Assembly: GCA_002633005.1 (NCBI GenBank)
Contig: NMRA01000982.1
Span: 16,361 to 80,360 of the forward strand
Length of the DNA stretch: 64,000 nt
Direction of reading: 5' to 3'
DNA from: Phoronis australis
Taxonomy: Eukaryota; Animalia; Phoronida
The notes under the pieces were generated by a model. The model ran no database searches, was not told the DNA's origin, and saw only the letters and a program-made list of their open reading frames with translations. The translations under genes and the position numbers were made by a program. Below are positions 59,301 to 64,000 of the stretch, piece after piece. Position 1 is the first letter of the stretch, and each line of letters begins with the position of its first letter.

Positions 59301-59735
59301 AGTACGCAACCCGAGAGTGACCACTTCGAAGTCTTATTTCCTTATTGGAATTTCGAATTTAGGAGGATGAACTTCAAGGAAGTGGTCTCAATAATTTGGT
59401 TTCCACGGCAACAATTGCTTTCCACCATTAGAAGGACCCTAAATCTCGCACGCACGTCTGTATGACTGGGCTCAACGGGAAGGCTTGGCCAAGTCAGTTA
59501 AAATCAATGCCAAACGTTTTTTTTTTGCTTTCATTATACTCTTCAATGCCTTGAATGGCCGCAGTGTGAAACAATCTAAATAATGTGAGATACCATGCAG
59601 AAGCTGGTGAAAAACTCTGAAATCCAGTAAAATTACTTTAAAAATCACAAGACACAAGCAGGGATCTAAAGAAATCTGATTTTGCTTCACTTCGAGGACA
59701 ACAGTGGTCTTAATGAAGGGCCACACGAATCACTT

Positions 59736-59975
59736 AAAAAAAATAATTGCAGGCGGTCTGATACACGTTGTACCAGACGTGCGCAGGCCTCGCATGTGGG
59801 CCCATTGCACTGATCACCTGGAAATATTTTTATGCTTTATTAATATATGGTTAAAACCGAGCTGAGGAGCTAGAAACCTGGCTCAAGGGTTTAGCAGTGT
59901 GACCTGGTGGGACTCGAACCCAGGACCTCGAGTAAAGAAAGCGGGCACTTATCAACCAGGCCACACTGTCTCCTC
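59736..59975 (-). mobile_element. tRNA-derived SINE, second copy of the 5999-6239 family
   Basis: Near-identical reverse complement over about 240 bp. Confidence 0.88.
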
Positions 59976-60487
59976 TCACGAGTCAGTTCCTCTAACTACA
60001 CTTATTCTTTTCCTCTTGTTTTTCGTCTTCTATGTTCCAATGTCCCTTCCATTTGTAGTTTTGAACAGGTTGGAATAAGTATCCCTTTTGTGTCACATTA
60101 TTTGTTCACAAATGATGAAGGGACGACCCAAAAGACTCGAAATCTGATGTCTTTAATAGATGTTTTTTAAGTAACTTTACCAGATTTTAGTGTTTTATCA
60201 GTTTCTGCATTGTCTTATTTGACCTGCTAACCACACGCCATTTCTAAATAAATGATGATGGTCGACCAGGGTTGGTTTTGATTGGAAATGGAAACCATGG
60301 ACACACGAGCAAAGAGCCGAATGGGTGATTTTAGCACAATCATAATCACGACTCCCTGGCAGATCTTTTGTATTCTTACAGTTTCCCATAACATCACAAA
60401 GTCTTAAGTTGATATGTCACTGGCCCAACTCCATTGGACAGAAATGAACAGGTTTTAACATTAGCAAGTAGCACAGTTTTGTACAAC

Positions 60488-60556
60488 TCAGGAGTTCGCT
60501 GTCGATCTTTCTCTCTCTTCTTTTTCCTTCTTACGCTGGGCTGTTTTTTCTTTGGC
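60488..60556 (-). CDS. UCHL5: UCHL5, last coding exon (AKEKTAQRKKEKEERERSTANS*)
   Basis: Acceptor ttcattttcag; phase 0; begins AKEK as in UCH37 tails. Confidence 0.85.
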   Translation of the reverse strand, partial: AKEKTAQRKKEKEERERSTANS

Positions 60557-61513
60557 CTGAAAATGAACAGTTACACAACAACATGAGGTGTGTGCTGCAT
60601 AAAGTCACATTCACACACAGCGCCATCTTTTGAGAGCTTTCTGTTTCTAGAATAGTTCACAACAAACCAGTGTTTCACACTTATATTAACACACGAGTGA
60701 AGCTCATTGATGTGTCCAAGAACAAACATTCATGGTAATTTAAATTAAGCAATTCGATTTTTATTAGGTCGCAAAACCATGGCTGTAAGTGACTTCAGAG
60801 AAAGCGCATGCCAAAATTATCAGAAAAGTGATCCAGAAATGATGGCTGAGTTCATCGTCAGACTAGCTACCATAGATTGATGCATCATGAAAGGGAAATG
60901 GTATTTTTTCAGAATACTTTCGGCATGTACAGTACAAAATGAGATCTGCGAAAGAAAATTTAAATCAATCTACTGCACTAATCCAGTGTTTCGGAAAGAA
61001 CAGTTACTAACAAAATGTGAATTTGCCCCGTGAAACAAAGTGGCCAACAACAGTACAAAGAAATGAACAGTTTGGCCTACCCATCCCACAACACATTCAC
61101 AGGCAAACCCAATTTTTCAAAAAGAGGACTCGAAGATTAGTCGGCCATTGAGTGATAACAAGTTGGCAATGCAATAATGCAGCTTACAGTTAAGTGCCCA
61201 TATTTTCATAACCCCAACAAATGCGGAATACTTTCCAAACAAACTGGACAACCTTTCAGTGGTAAAACTGCCAAATGCAACCAAATTTTACACATTAATG
61301 CTTAAATTGCTTATGTTTGACAACAAACTTTAATAGCTAAAATAGACGGAAGATCCCAGAGAGTATTCTTTAGAAATCTCTCTAAAATTTAGCCAGATCT
61401 GTAGTCAAATACTGGCAGATCAAACATTTGCAATAGTTTGACAAATAGAATGTCCAATTTATTTTGAAAACTACCGTACTCCGATCACCAGAGTACTATA
61501 TTTGACCTCTGAC

Positions 61514-61612
61514 CTTGCCGACGAGATCGACCAATTTTCCCTCCTTAGCCAGAACTTTCAGAAGCTCCATAATGAATGGTAAATAGTTGTGACGGCGACG
61601 GATGTTCTCAAC
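61514..61612 (-). CDS. UCHL5: UCHL5 exon (VENIRRRHNYLPFIMELLKVLA...)
   Basis: ENIRRxHNYLPFIMELLK is the UCH37-like domain signature; canonical AG/GT borders; 99 nt. Confidence 0.95.
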
Positions 61613-62559
61613 CTAAATGCAACAATTATTATTATATTATCAGCAACAATTATTATTATATTATCAGCAAAAAATTATAACAAATCTCACAACTGGGTAA
61701 AATGAAAGTCCGTGTTCTTGTGCAGTGTGCTTTAGACAAAAAAATAATGAACAAAAACACTTTTGTCTAGATTATGCAAGTCTCTGCGAGACATCGCCAT
61801 GTATTACAAGCAGAACACGTGATCACAATTATAGCTTTCCTCACTAGTTTATTGCATACCTTGAACGCAACACAGCTAAGTTTAAAGTGAGCAGGAGCAC
61901 ATTTCAATAACATAAAATATTCTAACACTCGATTCCCCACAGAAAGTCCATCACTGTATTGATCACTAACTCAACGAGTGTTATGTGGTTTCTTCCTCCT
62001 AGGTGTCTCTGACGCTGGTCATTTTCTACTGCCACTGCCACGGAGTTTACCAGAATACAACCATCTAATTCATATACATATGTCCAATTGTAACATTAAA
62101 AGCATTTTCATTTATTTCTAAATCCATAGTTTTGTGCGATTTTTTTTCACAAGAATTGTTTCCACCAATCCGTGTACCCATGCAATGAGAATCCTAGTAA
62201 GCTCAGTAGCCCCTATTGGCAAGATTTGAAAGTTCCCTTCCTAGACATCTAAGAGACTGATCACCATCAGTGACAATAACTATCAAGGCATGCACAAACT
62301 GAAATAATGCCAAGAGCAACCTGGCTTGGACTTTTGACTGAGTAAACAAAGGTCTTCTCATAAATAGATTTTTCAAGGATTGATCCCGTGAAATTTGTCA
62401 GAATCCCAGGAGATTTTTGTATCAACGCAACAAAATCTTAGAAAAAACTTGCTTGACAAAAAACACAGGGATAATTTTGGGTAAAATTTCACATTAGGAA
62501 TGTCACTAAAGGCCAGTAATTTTAGTCAGCACAGGAAGAGACCAGCTGCCTTGTCTCAC

Positions 62560-62649
62560 CTTGTATTTCTGAAACTTGATGTCTTCCTGGGTAATGAGTT
62601 CTTGTAAATCATTGATCTCCTGTTGTATTGTGTCTGTCTCCATACCTGT
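62560..62649 (-). CDS. UCHL5: UCHL5 exon (TGMETDTIQQEINDLQELITQEDIKFQKYK)
   Basis: 90 nt, phase 0-0, donor GTGAGA; collinear with the UCH37 helical region. Confidence 0.9.
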
Positions 62650-63285
62650 CTGGAGTAATAAGTACCACAGTCGCATCAGTTGTTGCGTATTCACAATGAT
62701 TGTGTTACATCAAATGCTCTTCATTTAAAGGGTCGTTATAGGCTTTATGGCCGAAAAACGCATTTTGAGATCATTATTGGATGGGATAGAATTCTTGAAG
62801 TTATTACCTTTGAGACAAGCTATAGAACAACAAAATCTCTGTTGTTCTGAGATTTTATTACACATCACCAATTCTTACCACTGTCTGCTAAACATTCTCT
62901 GAAATCAAGGCTGTGTGACTTTACCAATTGAATATTCTTAAAATACTATTATGGAGTGTGATTTAGGTACATCTGTAGAGCATTGGACTACAACTGCACG
63001 AGCTCCAGGTTCGATTCCGCACTTACGCTGATCTCAGAAAATCGTTTTTCTCACAGATAATGCTTATTTAAAGTGCTACCCAAAATAAAGTCAAAGAAAG
63101 AGTGAACATGTCAGCTGAGTTGTGAAAGAAAAGCATGCAGTCATTGAACACTATCAATGATTGTCACAACACTTCTCAAAAATCATTAAAAAAACTCTCA
63201 TACAAAACTGGCAAAAAAACAGATTACAGAACTTCAGCCAAATAACGTAGCGATACACTTCAGTCGACCAAGATTCGTCCCACAA

Positions 63286-63370
63286 TATTTATTTATTTAT
63301 TTATTATTGTGATATTTAAAATGAGGGTGGCCTCTTCAGTGATAGCACTGCTTTCCAAGAGGGCCCTCAT
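63286..63370 (-). mobile_element. 3' tip of a CR1/L2-like LINE (stem-loop plus (TAAA)n tail)
   Basis: On the minus strand, GAGGGCCCTCTTGGAAAGCAGTG...CACTGAAGAGGCCACCCTC forms a hairpin followed by AATAAATAAATAAAT. Confidence 0.5.
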
Positions 63371-63587
63371 ACAAAACTGGCATATATAATATCTTCACCA
63401 TCATAGCTTAGTGATACCACAAGAGACTAGTGACCTTTTGACCTTTTTCAGAACTCCTGTAGGAAATGTAGGAACTTATGACAAGTGCACCACACCCACA
63501 ACACTGCTACCGCCTTGGCCACCACAGAGCCTAACATGGCCGCACTCATTAGCATCTAGCCACACACCTAATAATTTTGCAGCCACT

Positions 63588-63712
63588 AATGTGACCACCC
63601 CCACTAACTAGGTCACACCCTCTAACGTGGCCACACCCACTGACATGGCCACACCCACCAGCATGGCCACACCCACCAACATGGCCACACCCACCAACAT
63701 GGCCACACCCAC
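63588..63712. repeat. 18-bp minisatellite (CATGGCCACACCCACCAA) in a UCHL5 intron
   Basis: About seven units, degenerating leftwards. Confidence 0.85.
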
Positions 63713-63801
63713 TATCTCAGTAACTCAGGCACATGCGACCAGTCCCTCCCAATACCTGTCCCCTTCCAATACCCTGACCACACTCGTCACCCTCGCTATA
63801 C

Positions 63802-63901
63802 CTCAAGCTGTGCCTTGAGTTGCTCAAGCTGTTTACTGTAAGTCATTCTCCTGTCTGACACTAGAGCCAGAAGGTTGAAGTGAATCTCATCACTACTGTA
63901 C
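63802..63901 (-). CDS. UCHL5: UCHL5 exon (YSSDEIHFNLLALVSDRRMTYSKQLEQLKAQLE); the gene continues beyond the window
   Basis: EIHFNLLALVSDR is the end of the UCH catalytic domain; canonical AG/GT borders. Confidence 0.93.
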
Positions 63902-63905
63902 CTGA

Positions 63906-63965
63906 AACATAACAAGCATGTGGGTAACATAACAAGCATGTGGGTAACATAACAAGCATGTGGGT
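63906..63965. repeat. 20-bp repeat x3 (AACATAACAAGCATGTGGGT) next to a UCHL5 acceptor
   Basis: Three identical abutting copies. Confidence 0.9.
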
Positions 63966-64000
63966 AGCACACACATACATTTACATCCAATACGCCGAAT

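Noticed and set aside
62970-63030. tRNA-like B-box GGTTCGATTCC
   Set aside because: No acceptor stem or full cloverleaf; at most a degraded SINE head.
63627-63818. Mucin-like ORF (MATPTN repeats)
   Set aside because: It is the translation of an 18-bp intronic minisatellite antisense to UCHL5.

Overview
Intron-rich, AT-rich eukaryotic genomic DNA, most likely from an invertebrate animal, in a draft assembly (112-N gap at 29624-29735; single Ns at 2134, 3743, 14095, 31376, 53840). Most ORF-track entries are spurious. Reading splice sites and phases by eye gives five spliced genes. (1) The 3' part of a divergent Cache-domain alpha2-delta (CACNA2D-like) gene, + strand, exons 779-951, 7839-7974, 8392-8605, 14268-14390, 16539-16723, 17911-18133. 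(2) NTMT1, +, 24778-24933 and 26913-27419. (3) A secreted, strongly cationic C-type lectin, -, 43343-43251, 41730-41379, 40408-40302. (4) A RING/B-box/B-box/coiled-coil TRIM, -, 53325-53320, 53236-53029, 52573-51600. (5) The last four coding exons of UCHL5, -, 63901-60488. Mobile DNA: two internally deleted IS3EU-like DNA transposons (1671-5313 with very large 21-bp palindromic subterminal arrays; 43476-44864 with a perfect 6-bp TSD), both keeping only the N-terminal part of the transposase; a Gypsy (probably Gmr1-like) LTR element reduced to LTR-PBS-RT-RNaseH, plus a solo LTR of the same family; tRNA-derived SINEs; several MITEs and minisatellites. The palindrome TACATGTA is strongly over-represented and may be a transposon excision footprint. 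No CRISPR array, rRNA or true tRNA gene was found. I cannot claim a demonstrably new system. The best leads are the IS3EU architecture, the footprint palindromes, the cationic lectin and the divergent alpha2-delta gene. All homology calls are from recalled motifs, not database searches.
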